Source: Lingula anatina
Taxonomy: Eukaryota > Animalia > Brachiopoda
Assembly: GCA_051362555.1 (NCBI GenBank)
Contig: CM120646.1
Coordinates: 19,778,001-19,842,000 of the forward strand
DNA: 64,000 bases
Direction: 5' to 3'
In this document: positions 9,701-23,243 of the stretch, in pieces
Position numbering within the stretch: the first letter of the stretch is position 1
Layout: every line of letters starts with the position of its first letter
Made by a program: the position numbers and the translations under genes
Notes under the pieces: model-generated
What the model was told of the DNA's origin: nothing
Seen by the model: only the letters and a program-made list of their open reading frames with translations
Database searches by the model: none

Positions 9701-12700
9701 TTTGAAAATGAGCCCCTGTTGGATGTCCATTTTTCTGGTCAAATAATCAAGTACTAGTAATGCATTCATGTTATAGTGTGGAGTACACATTTACTATTTA
9801 AACTGCAAATGCTGGTAAATAAGATTTTACAAGATGCTCAAAAACAGTGGAAATTCAGGCTAGGAGGAGAGATTTTCTTCTGTTTTTGGCATTCTTTATG
9901 ATTTTACTATTAAGCATCATGTAATATTGCATCAAAATTGACAAATTACCCTATTATCTGCATCATTATATCCTGCTATTCGACAATGTTGCTTCCTTGT
10001 TTAATATACTACATTTATAACAAACCAGGATGTTGATATATCAGGTTTGAACAGGAGATCCAGTCCCAGCCAGGCGCGGGGGGGGGTCCTGCACCCTCCA
10101 GGTTTATATACTACATAATGAACCAGGATGTTGATATTTCAGATTTGAACAGGAGATCCAGTCCCAGCCAGGGGCGGGGGGTCCTGCACCCTCCAGGTTT
10201 ATATACTACATAATGAACCAGGATGTTGATATTTCAGATTTGAACAGGAGATCCAGTCCCAGCCAGGGGCGGGGGGTCCTGCACCCTCCAGGTTTATACT
10301 GGGCTCCAACACCTACAGCAATGTCCAGGCCAGGTTGAGTGCCATTGCCAACCCAGGACAGAGCCTGGACCCTCCACCACCCCCTCCACAGGTGTTAACA
10401 TCTGGGAACTCCTCACTACCCTCAGCTACTATACAAGGTATGGGGAGGAGTCTAATCAATTTTCATTTAACACTTGTTTCGATAATTATTATCTTGATAA
10501 TGAATTCATTCTACACTTGTTTTGATAATTATTTGAACTAATTATTTGGAATTATAAATTTCCACGGTACAATTTGATTTGGTTAGTTAAACTTTAGTGT
10601 TGATTCAAAATTTTTGAATTAGTTTTATTAGTTGGCTTGTTGTTGGAAAGGACATACTGACTTTATGATTGATTGAAAATGATGTAACTTAAGAAAAATA
10701 AGATATTAGATATTAGAATTTGGCGTTTGAAAATTTTTCTGGACATATGGTATTGCTATTTTTAGATTTGGAATTTTTTGTTTTTCATTTCTGAAGATTA
10801 AAGGCAAAGTGATCTTTAATTCATTTTTTCCTCAGCATTAACACAGCTCATTGTTATGCTTGTAGGCATTGCAGCTGCGCCTCCACCTCCACCTCCTTCG
10901 GGCCCCCCTCCTCGCCCCCCTCCTGTATTCGTACCTCCACAGCTGCGCCAGAGACCCCCTGGTATGAGGCCTCAATATGGACCTCCACCTTCACAGCAGG
11001 GGAACATGAGACCCCCTTTTAACCCTGCAATGGGCTTTCCCCAACGGGGGCCTCCTCCACGCATGCCACCCCCAGGGTACCCCCCTGGCATGCAAGGACC
11101 CATGGGGGGCCCCCCAGGCGGGGGATATTATGGACATGCACACCCAGGCCCTTCTGTGCCTCAGCACCCTCCAAATGCTGCTACTATTGAGAAGCCAAAA
11201 GTTGTGTACAGTGCCCCTCCAGTGAGAAATGTTCCAAAGACAAACAACAGTATTAATACAGCTGATACAGGCAGTGCACAGGCTGAAAAACCTGCCGACG
11301 AGGAGGTTGGGTCAGTGGTGCCTGGGATACAGGTCAACGTGCCCGTTGAGGAGCCTCATTTCCAGCAGGAAGGGATGGTGCAGAACGTGGATGGCGAACC
11401 TATGGACATGATGACGGTGGCGGCACAGCAGACAAAGAAAGATAAGAAAGAGAAAAAGAAAAAGTTTTTGAGAACGGCGGCTGGTGATGTGTGGGAAGAT
11501 CCGTCTCTGGCAGAATGGAATCCAGGTATGGGGAGGTGACTTAAAGGCTCACAAGGTGCTTTGCTAGGGTAAAATAATGCCTCATTTCACTTTACAAATA
11601 TGAGTATATAGTAAACGAAGACAATTTTATTATAACATGGGCACATGGCTAAAAAAACTGAAGGAGGAGAAGGGGTCACTTTCAAAGTTAATTTGGGGGG
11701 AGGTATAGACTACTGTTGCCTCAGTGATATGCTGTTGCACCTTCATGTTCGCAAAGAAAAAAATTACCGCTGAATTGTTTTACCAAATTTTGAACAACTT
11801 TTGTTTTTTATGTTTTTCCAGATGACTTTAGGATATTTTGTGGTGATTTAGGCAATGAGGTCACAGATGAAATATTGGCAAGAGCTTTCAACAGGTGAGT
11901 GAGGAATAATTTGTGAAGATCCAAAGAAGACATGTAGCACATAATTACTAGTAAAAAATGAAAAAAAATTGGAAGATTACGGAATTTGATTTGTGGTGTA
12001 AGTGTACATGAAAGTCATGGAAATCTGAGATAGTCTAAAATGAGGCTTTTGACACATCTAAAGTATCTTTATATTCGTGATCACCGCAGTTGTTTGAAAT
12101 TTACTTCACGTTCACCACTCCACATTTTTAACTTTTAGGTTTCCAAGTTTTGTGAAAGCTAAAGTGGTGAGAGACAAGAGATCAAATAAGACCAAAGGTT
12201 TTGGTTTTGTAAGTTTTGGGGACCCTAATGACTTTGCCAGGGCCATGCGAGAGATGAATGGTAGGTAGTTTACGATATTACGATACAATTATTGACTTTG
12301 GCTGACATCATTATGTTGTCTAGCAGACATGGTTATATTGATATTGATTGACTGGTCACCTAAAAGTGAAGGTGAAACATGCTTTTTCATTACTCGTTAC
12401 ACACTTTACAAACACACACACACACGCGCCTGCCATAAGACACCATTGCACATTGTGAGATCGGATAGAAAGATTGGTTCACCACACAGTGATTTCATTT
12501 TATTAAATCATTTGCCAGCCTTTCTGTGGACAAACAAACAGCAGCTGTCCATGTAATACTGCCTTATCAATTATTGAACAATAAATTTAATTTAAAACTG
12601 ATAAAGTCTCCTTCTGCCATCTGATAGTTACAGCAAAGTTCACATGCCCCAATTCTTAAGACATGAGTGTTATATATTATTTTGTCTATCACATAAAAAC

Positions 12701-14580
12701 TACTCATGTTCTCGTGTCATTATTGTTCTATATCTGCCTTAACATGTTGCTGCACCATAAACAAGGGCAATTAATCTAGCGTGATTGCCTTGTTTTGAAA
12801 ATTAAGCTTCCTGTGGATTTAATTTGTTCGGAGAAGAGAAATAATATATTTGGCGAAAGTACCCATTACGTGTTTGATATGTCTGCTTCCACCCACTGCT
12901 ACCCTGCCACCATTTGGAATGAAGTCCTTAATTGATAAACTGATTTGTGAGTATCAGGGAACATTACTTGACTTGGTGATTGTCCTTAATAGAGTATGTG
13001 CATATATAATTCATATTTTAATACCGTAACTACGACGTGTTTGTTTGGGATATATGCAGTGTAATGTTAACAATCACATTTTGGGGGCGTGATTTTGCCC
13101 ATTTTTTTCCCTTATTGGAAATTGACTTTGATGCTGTCCTGAGAATAAAAGAAGGCTCAATCTGATTGAAATTCATAGTAATCTGTCTACCAGGCTTCTG
13201 CTTTTGTGCTGACAAAATTGTTGTTGCGCTTTCTTTTGTGAGAGTTGTAAACCCTTCTCTGCTGTCTGGATGAGGGAAAACCCCAGGTTTCGATCTTGTC
13301 CGTAGGAATGGTGTTATGGTATGTTGGCTTAGGGTCTGCAAATACATAAAAAAAGGTGAATTAAATTATTTGAAATGGAAAAATTTTATAAAGAATTAGA
13401 AGTCTTAAACCAATAAGATATAGAGCAGATGCTAACTAACAGTGATTCACAGCACAACATTCATTTTTCATAAGTAGAAGCAAAGAATCATTTCTCAGAT
13501 TTAACAGGAACATTTTGCATCTTAGAAAAGCTAAGAAAAAAAAACTGCAATAGTGACACCAGAAAATATTTTTCTTTCACTTTAAGTTTTATTTTTGCAG
13601 TTATTTCAATTTGTTAAGCCCAAAAGCACTGAGGATGGACTCAACAGATTTAAGTGAAGTATCTTGTACTGATTACCCCAAGTGTTGCTTTTTTGAGTCA
13701 ACAGCTACATAAGAATTTTGGTTTGCCCAATTTTTCAATAATGTGCACCATGATGATCAAACCTTTAGAAAAAAAACTTATTAAATCATTAATGCAACTT
13801 ACTTGGTAAGTACCATTTTGGTTTGTATGTCCTGTCTGAAACTTGGAAATCAAAATATTGAGGGTTATTGCTCGCAAATGGATATGACCTTTGGTGTTCA
13901 GGACTTGTATGCAGGTGCTTATTTATGGACCCAAAGATGTCTCTTCCTGAAATGCCCCAAAGTAGACTTAAGTAGAAGATGCACAAAACAAAAATGTGTC
14001 AGTCAAAAAAAAAAAGAACACAAGGGCTTGTAGAAATAACACCAATAACAAATACATTTTATGCAAACTTAAAACTGAGATGAAAACAAGTCCTCCTGTA
14101 TCTTATACTGCTTTTTGAAATATCTTTATTTTTAAAACACTTATAGTTTGAGCATAGATACTCACTGTAATATATTTAGCATTTTGACTGTACTTTTATA
14201 CAAAATATTTTTATAAAATACATAAACCACAACCAAGCATGTGTTGCAGGATTGTATGCTGACTTGTATAACTTTGTTTTCAGAGCCAAAAAGTCTTATC
14301 ATCCTCGTAAATTTTTTGTTTTGTAAGTTGTTTCCATATCAAGAACAAGTAATATTATTACCTCCAGTGGTACCCAAGAGGTAACTAGGATAACGTATCA
14401 GCTGCCATGGGTGATATACTGGTACTTGCTTGACACTTGAAAATGGCCGCTTACCAATGGGCCTCCAGCTACTGCTGCCTGTGTTGAAAATAAATGTAAT
14501 ACTTTCATGAAGCTTAGAATAAAAGTTCAAGAGCACTTGAGGCCCACTGGTTTTAAACTGAAATTGCTACAGTGTTGGCT

Positions 14581-14634
<54 letters not shown>

Positions 14635-17600
14635 TTAAAGTCATCTGACCAAGAATGGCACAGTGTTTATAATCCAAGAAATACCCCACAGCAACCTGCC
14701 TATTGATTTGTTGCTAATTATATAATGTATCTGAGGAGGGTTTAGAAAAATTAGTCTCCTTAGAAATCAATCATGGCTAACTTGCACCCAGTGGCACCAA
14801 GATTAAGGTAGTAAGAGCATGAATGAAATCTTTGTTGGACACTGAAATGTCCGTTCACTTCTTAGAATAGTTCCCCATTCCAAATATATCAGTGCTCTTT
14901 ATCTTTCTTATTATGGGTTGAAAAATGAGTGAAGAGGGAAATGGCTCAGAAACAATTGTGTGCATGTGGTAGCAGTTTTCCTGGATAATTGATATTGTTC
15001 AAATTTACTTTTTACTGCAAATAGCCCATTGTTTTTAATTTTAGAAATCTTCACAAGGCAACTGAATGGTTTTATGAGTTGAAAGAAAAGCACTGTTAAA
15101 ATCAGAATACTCTATTCAGTCAGTGCTTAAACTCCCTCTTTTATTCCTCCCTCTCTCCTTCCCTCTCTCTCTCTCTTACTCATTCTCTCATATCTATGAT
15201 TAATACAGGACTTGTTAATTGTGACTAGAAGCATATAACTCACAAGCAAGCAATAGGAGAAAGGAAATTGAATCACCACCCTATATTCCTTGGAGGATTC
15301 ATGTTATTTCTATAAGAAGTCCCCACCTTCCCATCTCACAGTAAGAGGTCATGAAGTCAGAAATGGCTTTCTACAATTGATATACTGATAGATATTAAGC
15401 CTGTATGTGCAGGGGTTTGCTGGAGAAAGCTTTGCATGTGATTTAAAGGCTACTGGGTTTTTTCAGAGAAGGGTATCGAGCCGTCGAGATCGACAATCTC
15501 ATGTGGTCATTCATAAAGAGAAAGGAAAACGTATCTGGTGCTGTGTTAATATGTTAAGTGAGATTGCTGTGTAATCACATTAATTACCTGAAGTGATGGA
15601 GAAATGAGTGGGCTCCTTTATTGTCTCATGTCTGGCTGAGTCTTGTCCACCGCTGTAGCTTCCTCTCTGACCACCACTGTTGGAGCTCACGGAAGGGTGC
15701 ACTTGGCCATTCTTTTGGCACCCGGCCCCCCAGCCCATGCAGTGGAATATGTACCGTTTGTTACTGCTGTCTGCACCATTCATCATCACAACTTGAAGAA
15801 TGAAAACATGAAGGATGAAACCTGGAATAAAGTGTTACAATAATTATAATAATTTTTGTATGATAACAGCTGTATTCCGTAAAGGTAAATTGTCTGGTTG
15901 GTTTTTTTGTGATTACAATTAGTCACCAATTATAGTTGTTGTATCATGGTACCCAGAATTCATACACACACATGCACGCACACACACACACACACAGGTG
16001 CTCGTGTATACAACGGTAAGGTGTGTACCATGTGGTTGGGAATCAGGTATACAGGATCCGGTAACTTTTCTAAAACCAAAACTTTGTTATCAGTTTTCAT
16101 GTTTTCACGTACAGATGCTTCTGCAGAACACAGAATCTTATATTTCTGAGCACGTCTTCTTGGCTGTGTGGGCTCTGGTGAACATTTATATCATAACTCT
16201 TACTGTCCTGCCTACATTCTCTCTCTGATATTCATACTGCAATACTGCTCTGAAACTTATCTGTTAGTTTCTTTTATAATGTTTTTTTTTCTTCCTTTTT
16301 TTTAGTATTCAATTACATAAACATATCACGTGGAATTTGTCTTCCATTGTTTTTAGATTTGGCTCATTAGATAACTCACACCAAATTATAGTGATTTGGG
16401 GCATTGTGCGTCAGCTTTGTGCGTCATCAACTTGTCTTTAAATTTGTGAAGATTAGCAAGTGATCCAACAGTAACCAACTTCATATTTATTTTGATTTTT
16501 AATATCTCATTAAAAGAATGCCTATACTTAATTGCAATAATTTCTTTGGCATGGATTTAAATACCCAAATCATGATTCTAAATACCCAAATCACTCAAAT
16601 TACTGTGATGTGTAGGCTTTAAAATTTAGAAGTGAAAGGATTGATCACTGATGAGAGAGAACCTTGTTCTCGTTAGTACTTTTACTAATGTTCATTAAGT
16701 TGAAGAAAAGTTTTGAGATGACACAGTACAGGTGCTGACAATTCTTCCCTCATTAATAGAGCTGATGAAGTCTAGCCTAAGTACAGGTGGAGTTAGCAGG
16801 GATACACTTTACCCCTGTAACCCCTCTCCCTATGCTATGGGCATGGTGCGTGATCTATTCTCAAAATGCTAAATACAGTTTTCTTTCTCATAAAATATGA
16901 AATAAGTTTTTAAAAAATAAGTATAGATATTTTTCATTGATTTCAAGCATTTAATGGGAAAATGTTTGAAGGACAAATGCAAAATCTACAAAATTGTTGG
17001 CATATTGCTATAATAGCTAAAGGTTGGGCCCTTGCACACGCACGCACGCACGCATGCACGCACACACACACACACACACTTATGATAATGGTAATAATGG
17101 ATTTTTACTGAAAATTTCCACAAATGAGATCATTTCAGATTCCATAAAGACCAAACAAATTGTAAAGCAGACTTATATCATATATCAAGGATACCAGCAT
17201 ATGGCAATAAAACATTTATTAGTACCATAGATTAAATGAGAATTACTTGATACCCAATTTATGCTGTCCAAATGTCCAGTAGTAGCCAATGAACTCAAGA
17301 AGCTGTAGCTTCAGATTTTTTTGTCTGATATTCTGCCTTTGATTACATTGTAAGTATTTGTAAATAATAACTACATCATCAACAACAAGAAACAACAAAA
17401 TTGTTTCAGCTTCCCTGGAATGCCTTCACTTTAAAAGAGTGTAAAATAAGAAAGGTACAGGATTGGAAACCAATCAATTTTAATTTTACAGTAGCTGAAT
17501 ATTGAATAATAATAAAAAAAACTTGAAAGATGTTTTTTATTTTGCTTTGTTTGACATTCCCACTTTCATTGAATTTTGTTAATATATAAATATATATGTC

Positions 17601-20600
17601 TATGGACAATTTATAGTTCAGTACGCCTTTGTTTTTCGTAAACAACCTGTTTTTATTCAAGACTTATCAAAAATCTTAAAATCTTACAATAATTTAAATT
17701 GAACATAATAAACAAAATGAAAAAGATAAATAAAGTAAATTATTCAAATAAATATTGAGTAATGGTAAGAAAATAAAGTGCTGTCAAACACTCACCTGAT
17801 ATGTGTGGGTACATCGTGGCTGAGAATCTCGGAATCTTATGAGATTGGTGTATGTTCTGTTCTCCTTATAAACTCTTGTGTGTAATTAATTTCTAACTGG
17901 GAGACCATTTATATAGAAAGCCTAGTGGCTGCTAGGCCAGGAGCCTGTATTTGCAAGAAGCTATGCTTGTATTTAATTGCTAACAGTGAGCACTCCCTAT
18001 GAATATTTCTTTGAAGAAAAAAACAAGAGAAAGATAAATAAATAAATAAATATATAAATATATAAGTAAACTTCAAGATTGATGACAGTTGAACCAAAGA
18101 ATATCATTGACTAAGGTTTGGTTTTCAACATTTTTACTATGATAAGACAAATATCCTACAGTACTACGTGTGCCATAAAACGTACTAGACAGACTGTGAA
18201 ATCAGGAAATTATAGTTTCGACCTGATGTTCCCAAACACCACCTAGTGCGAGGAAAATAAAAAAAAACAGGCTGAACCTTTGAATAGAAGGAATTATGGA
18301 GAAAGGCTAGGCAGCACCCATATCACAAAGGCTTAGGATATGTGCATGTGTCCATGTAACATTAGTAACAAAGACATAAACTAATGACTCAAGATTTTGT
18401 GTGGAACTGGAGCAAAGGCACATTGTTGAGAAAAAAGTGCTTATATGAAATGGAAATATATACTGTTACAATAAATGAGTAAAAGCACTATTAGACTGAA
18501 GTAGAATTCTTATGTTGAAGGTTCAACTGTGGTTTGGCTTTTTTTAATGGGGAAATTCTAATAAAGCCTAGAATCAGTGCCTAGAACTGCAGTTGACTTG
18601 AGCTAAAGAAAATGAGAGCAAAAAAAGAGGCAATTAAAATCATTGTTCTTTGTATTCCTGTACAATTGATCAGATAATGCAGCAGGCACTGAATTGATGA
18701 CTTATAGAGATGACGCTGGACACCTAGAATGTCCCAAATAAAAGGTCAGTAAGTTATAGCAGAGTGAAAAACAATTTGATAATTATATGATTAATTGTTT
18801 CTTTTTGAGGGTGTATTATTTTCATCATATGTCAAAGGCCAAGTTAAGTTGTCAGAGATGCTGTGATTGATAAACATGTTTGAGGCCTCCCTGATTTTTC
18901 TGTCCTTTTTTTTTTCTTCAAGTAAATCTTGTTAAGTTAGTCTCATGTAATTGTTTAATGGTAAAATTTTGACATATATGGAATAGATTTAATGTCAATG
19001 TCCCCCAAGACCATCACATTTTTGTTGTCTGATTGATATGTTTCCTTTTTTCTGATTGGCCAAAAAATAGGCTATGATGTCATCGGTCAATAGTGCGCTT
19101 TATCAGATCTCAAATTCATGTGTAGAAGGCCATTATAATCTATAATCTATAATAATTGCATGAGAATATGGGTTTTAATGAGGGTGATATCTTATATGTA
19201 GTTCCTAAGGTTAAAATATGACTTGTCTACCATCCTATGGCACATACCATGAACATTTCCAGGACTGGTTTCCCAAAAGAACTACAGGCTGAAAGATGGT
19301 CTTCAACTTTTTATATGTACAGTAATTGATTAAAACAGAAAAACTACTGGTCTTGCAAAATGGTAGCCATTACTTTTGTGTAATAAAACAGGCACGATAT
19401 TTTAAGCGAAGGACTACTGATCAATCTTGGATCTAAATTGACTAGATTTTTTTTTTAAACTAACTGATGGGTTAAAGTTCTTTTGTGAAAAAGTTCCCTG
19501 GGTTTGGTGAGAAACGCAGCTATGTCCATGATCAGGGTCGAAGTGACTGTGAATTATTATTTCCTTCCCTTTCTTTGACATATTGTTCAATAAAAGGAAT
19601 CACAGCAGAGTTAGTCATTCTGCCAAGAAAGATTCTCAAGTAACAATTTTTTGTCAGTGAAGGTTATTGATAGTGTCGGACATGCTGGCCGCTGACAGCA
19701 CCATTGTAGATTGCAGCAGAAATTTATTTTAACTGAAATGATATTCCTTTTCTTCATAGAGCTTGTGGTTTTGAAAGTATTCCTATGAAAGATATTACTC
19801 GTAACTTAACCTCTGAAGCAGTAATTTAAGCATTAAATCAGAGAGGAAATGCATCCTGGAGGTAGTTTGTTGAGGAAAGAAAAATCTGTTTCTCTTGAAA
19901 GCAAATATCGAATTTTCCCCCCACCCCCACATAGAAAGTCTGCCAAGCTTGCATTTTTTTTCAGTTATACTTGGTATTACACATGAGTACGATTTTTTTT
20001 TCTTGCCCACAGATTATATAATTGAAAAGAGCAGTATCTTTGCATTGTTTCCAGTTTTTTATATTAAAATATAAAAGAGTGCTGTATAAGAGACCATTCC
20101 CACAGATATTTGGATTGATCTATCCCCCTGGGGATTCTCACTAGAGTGCTGTCAGCTTAACCAGCTTAAATGTCTGTCCTGGCTACTACAAGCTGTAAGG
20201 GGGTAATTAAACGCGCTTGGCTCTCAGAAGCTGACAGCAATTTAGCTTGAACCCCCAGGGAGTTAGGTTGATCCATATGGATCGATCTAAATCTGTGGGA
20301 ACCCAGTCTTAGACATTGAAACTATTGCACTGGGTAGTCTAAACCTACTAGTTCCAACTAATTCTACATTGATTAGAATTCAGAAAAGCTGGTTATTATA
20401 GGAGTATGTTAGAAACAAGAGGAGGTGTGTTAAAGCTGTAAATCTGATTACATTCCTCAAGAGTCCTTGTGGAGTTCGCTTGAACCACCTTGTACGATAG
20501 TTTCACTGTAAACACACCCTAAAACATTCAACTGAGGGCAGAGGGTTGGCATCAAATAGCCATGGCTAACAAAGCTTATGAGTTACATTACTTTAATGTA

Positions 20601-21535
20601 CATAAGTATTTGAAACGGGTATTTAATAAACTGAACCAGAAAAAAAGAGGTTTCTAAATTTGCAAAATTGGGCCCTGGAATTTTGAATTTATAAACTACA
20701 TATTTAGCAAGAAGAGCAAATTTTTCTGCAGCATAGCGTTTGCTGCAAAGATAGCTTTAATTACACTAGACAACTGTTATAAATGGATTCCTCTTTATTT
20801 AGACCCTTATCTCTTTCTGCTTTTCTGACCTTTGGAGGCAGGGTTTACCAGGCAGAGCATGGGTAATAAAGTGTCTACTGCCTGCGGTAAAAACTAAAAA
20901 AAAAAAAAAAAATTCCGCTAAAACCTCAGTGTGTTTGTGCCTCCCTGTTTTGTGTGGGTATTTAGAGGAAGGTGTAGGAGAGCTGAACCAGAGATAACAT
21001 TCACATGACTGGAGGTTAATCAATAAAAGGCACATTTATATGTAACCAATGCCTTGGTCATCACTTTTTATCAGGCTTGGAGTGATCAACACATTTTTTC
21101 TGTGGGAAGCCGGGAAGAGATGGGGGTGATGATAAAATGTATTGCTTTTGTTTCAGTCAAGCAAGATTGTGCTCATTTAAAGAAAATGGCAAGATTTTCT
21201 CATTAGATTAATTACAAGAAAAGAAAACCAAAAACATGGCCTTGTTCTTGGGCAGAATCATAAACATTTATTTACTAAATCAAACTCTTTTTGGGATTCT
21301 TTTTGTGGATTATTGGCATGTCTCAAAAAATAAAAAGTATTCTTATTTTCCTGAAAGCACAAGTCATTAAGATGTCCAGCTTGACTGTATTTCTTTCTAA
21401 TTACTGCATTTTACTTTTCCAGGAAAATACGTGGGAAACCGTCCTATTAAGTTAAGGAAATCCAATTGGAAGGATAGAAGTATAGATGTGGTGAAGAGGA
21501 AAGAAAGAGAAAAGAAACGCTTGGGTTTAAGATGA
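6749..21535 (+). CDS. RBM42: RNA-binding protein 42 (tri-snRNP-associated RRM protein)
   Basis: Exons 6749-6804 (EMEAEMNR), 10238-10437 (FEQEI..GSNTY), 10866-11525 (Pro-rich; RTAAGDVWEDPSLAEW), 11822-11894 (DDFRIFCGDLGNEVTDE), 12139-12260 (KAKVVRDKRSNKTKGFGFVSF), 21423-21535 (GKYVGNRPIKLRKSNWKDR..LGLR*). All GT-AG with consistent phases. Confidence 0.96.
7177..7352. mobile_element. MITE family B, copy 1 (TIR CTGGGGTAGCGCT)
   Basis: 13-bp TIR; GTAAG on both flanks; second copy in the opposite orientation at 45263-45427. Confidence 0.8.
7543..8815. mobile_element. 1.27-kb non-autonomous TIR element (TTAA TSD, Kolobok-like)
   Basis: TTAA|GGTGGCAATGT ... ACATTGCCACC|TTAA; no transposase ORF. 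Confidence 0.78.
8990..9182. repeat. two-copy tandem duplication (GCAAAAAAGGAGGGATGGC...TGACATGTT)
   Basis: Directly visible duplicated block with variable A-tracts. Confidence 0.7.
10003..10298 (+). repeat. 95-bp tandem triplication spanning the RBM42 intron 1 / exon 2 boundary
   Basis: Three copies of ...GATGTTGATAT(A/T)TCAG|(G/A)TTTGAACAGGAGATCCAGTCCCAGCC...CCCTCCAGGTTTATA. Confidence 0.93.
14584..14632. repeat. (GT)n microsatellite
   Basis: Direct. Confidence 0.95.
20097..20301. mobile_element. MITE family C, copy 1 (TIR TTCCCACAGAT(A)TT..GATC)
   Basis: Long imperfect TIR with internal inverted CCCTGGGG/CCCCAGGG and GCTGTCAGCTT/AAGCTGACAGC; homologous copy at 26673-26883. Confidence 0.85.
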
Positions 21536-22290
21536 CCCAAAACTAAAACGGACTCTTATGTGGGAGGACAAATTTCTAGTAAACTCTTTCAAGTTTGTGA
21601 CTCTCAAACTCATTCAGTCCTTTATTTGCAATGGCATGTAGGCTGAATTATGACACGTTTCACGTCAGAGGATGATGTAAAAGGTAACAAAGCAAGGCAC
21701 TTTTTGTTAATGATGAGACCATGAATTAAAATATCTGACCTTGCAATAATTGTGGAACTAATGATCTATATTGTTACTGACGTCATTTGTGGTCTGAAAT
21801 TCAAGATGTTACTTTTTCTTATGCCTTGTAGTAATTTGGAGAGTGTAATGATGCCAGCATATAGCGTTAGTAGGATGAAAGGCGAATGAATTTGCAGATA
21901 AAAAGACCATTAATTACAACAGGCAGACACAAAAGCTGGTTTAATGGGAAGATCTTGTTTTGAAAACCAGTTGATGGAAAACACATTAATGCTATTTATA
22001 TTTTAAAATATGTATAGTGAACATAAAAAGAAACTTGTCATAACTTACAATTCTATCATATATCATCCTCTTTGGCATCATTCTAAAAGTAAAATTACAT
22101 ATAAACAATGTTTACTAATCTTTCATTGATGATAAAGAACAATAAACAATACATGGTTTTAATGAGATGAAAGAAATCCTGACAAAATCACTGAACAGTT
22201 TTGTAACACAGCAATTAAACCAAGGAGATTCCCAAAAAATCGAAACTGGCTAAAACAGTATTCCGTTTATTCAGACATTTTGACCACAGG

Positions 22291-22524
22291 TCAGTATCTT
22301 GTGTGTCCTCCCTGCACTTGGAGACATGCTGTGCACTTTCTCTGCTTGCTCTCAACCAGCTTTATGATCAATGCAGTATTGAGGGATCCTGTTCCACTCC
22401 TCCTGTTCCACTCCTCGTGCAGGACTTGATAAATCCTCTGACGAATATGTGCTGGTGGACTTCTTGGGCCACAATGGGGCCATTCAGAATGAGAGATCCA
22501 AGTATCAACTGGTCCAAGGCACAA
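22291..22524 (-). mobile_element. Tc1/mariner transposase C-terminal remnant
   Basis: LHEEWNR...IIKLVES.QRKCTACLQVQGGHTRY* resembles the typical Tc1 transposase C-terminus (EW...LI.SM.RRC.AVI.A.GGHTRY*); upstream part is degenerate. Confidence 0.7.
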
Positions 22525-22906
22525 ATATGGCAGACCCTACATAAAAGGAAGACCGCTTAATCCTGTAATGGTCTCTCTGCCTCTCACACACCTCCCCATG
22601 CGCCTGGTCCAATTGAGCTGAGATTTAATTACTGTGCCCCTGCAGGAACACATTCACACCATGAGACTGAAGGAAGTCAACAAGAATATTTATAAAGTAT
22701 ATTGTTAAGATTCTTTTGATGCTCAGTATAGTAGAGAATGCAGATCTCTATACAGTCAAAATGATGATAGAATAAATAAAAAATTTTGAAAATACTAGGA
22801 GACATATACAGTTGTAATTGTAAGCACGCCTTTCCCTCCAGAATAACTGTCCTGAAAATTTCATCAAAATTTGTGAAGAACTTTCCCATAATATCTTGTC
22901 CATTAA

Positions 22907-23243
22907 AGGGATAATAACTCTTCGTTTTGGCCAAAAAATGAATTTTCCTGGAGTAAACAACAATTTTCCCATACTTACCAATGGTTAATGAATCCATTTT
23001 TACATTCAAAGTTAGTCCCTGGTTTTTTTCTAAAAAGTTTGGTTTTTTGTTAAAATCTCTTAAGAGATTATAACAGAGTACAGCCATCAATGGAAGTCAC
23101 GTGATCTGAAGACAAGCTCTGATATCAGAATAATAGCTATAACTGCTGTTTTTGTGGTACAACAGAATATATTATATTTCTATGAGTTGTTCACAATGTT
23201 TTTATTGTAAAATAAAGATATCATATGAAGAGTTATTATCCCA
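22907..23243. mobile_element. family A TIR element, copy 2
   Basis: TTAA flanks, 337 bp, TIR AGGGATAATAACTCTTC with one terminal mismatch. Confidence 0.9.

Noticed and set aside
13750-13840. Possible C/D snoRNA (ATGATGA...CTGA) in the RBM42 intron
   Set aside because: No terminal stem or recognisable guide; such boxes arise by chance in AT-rich DNA.
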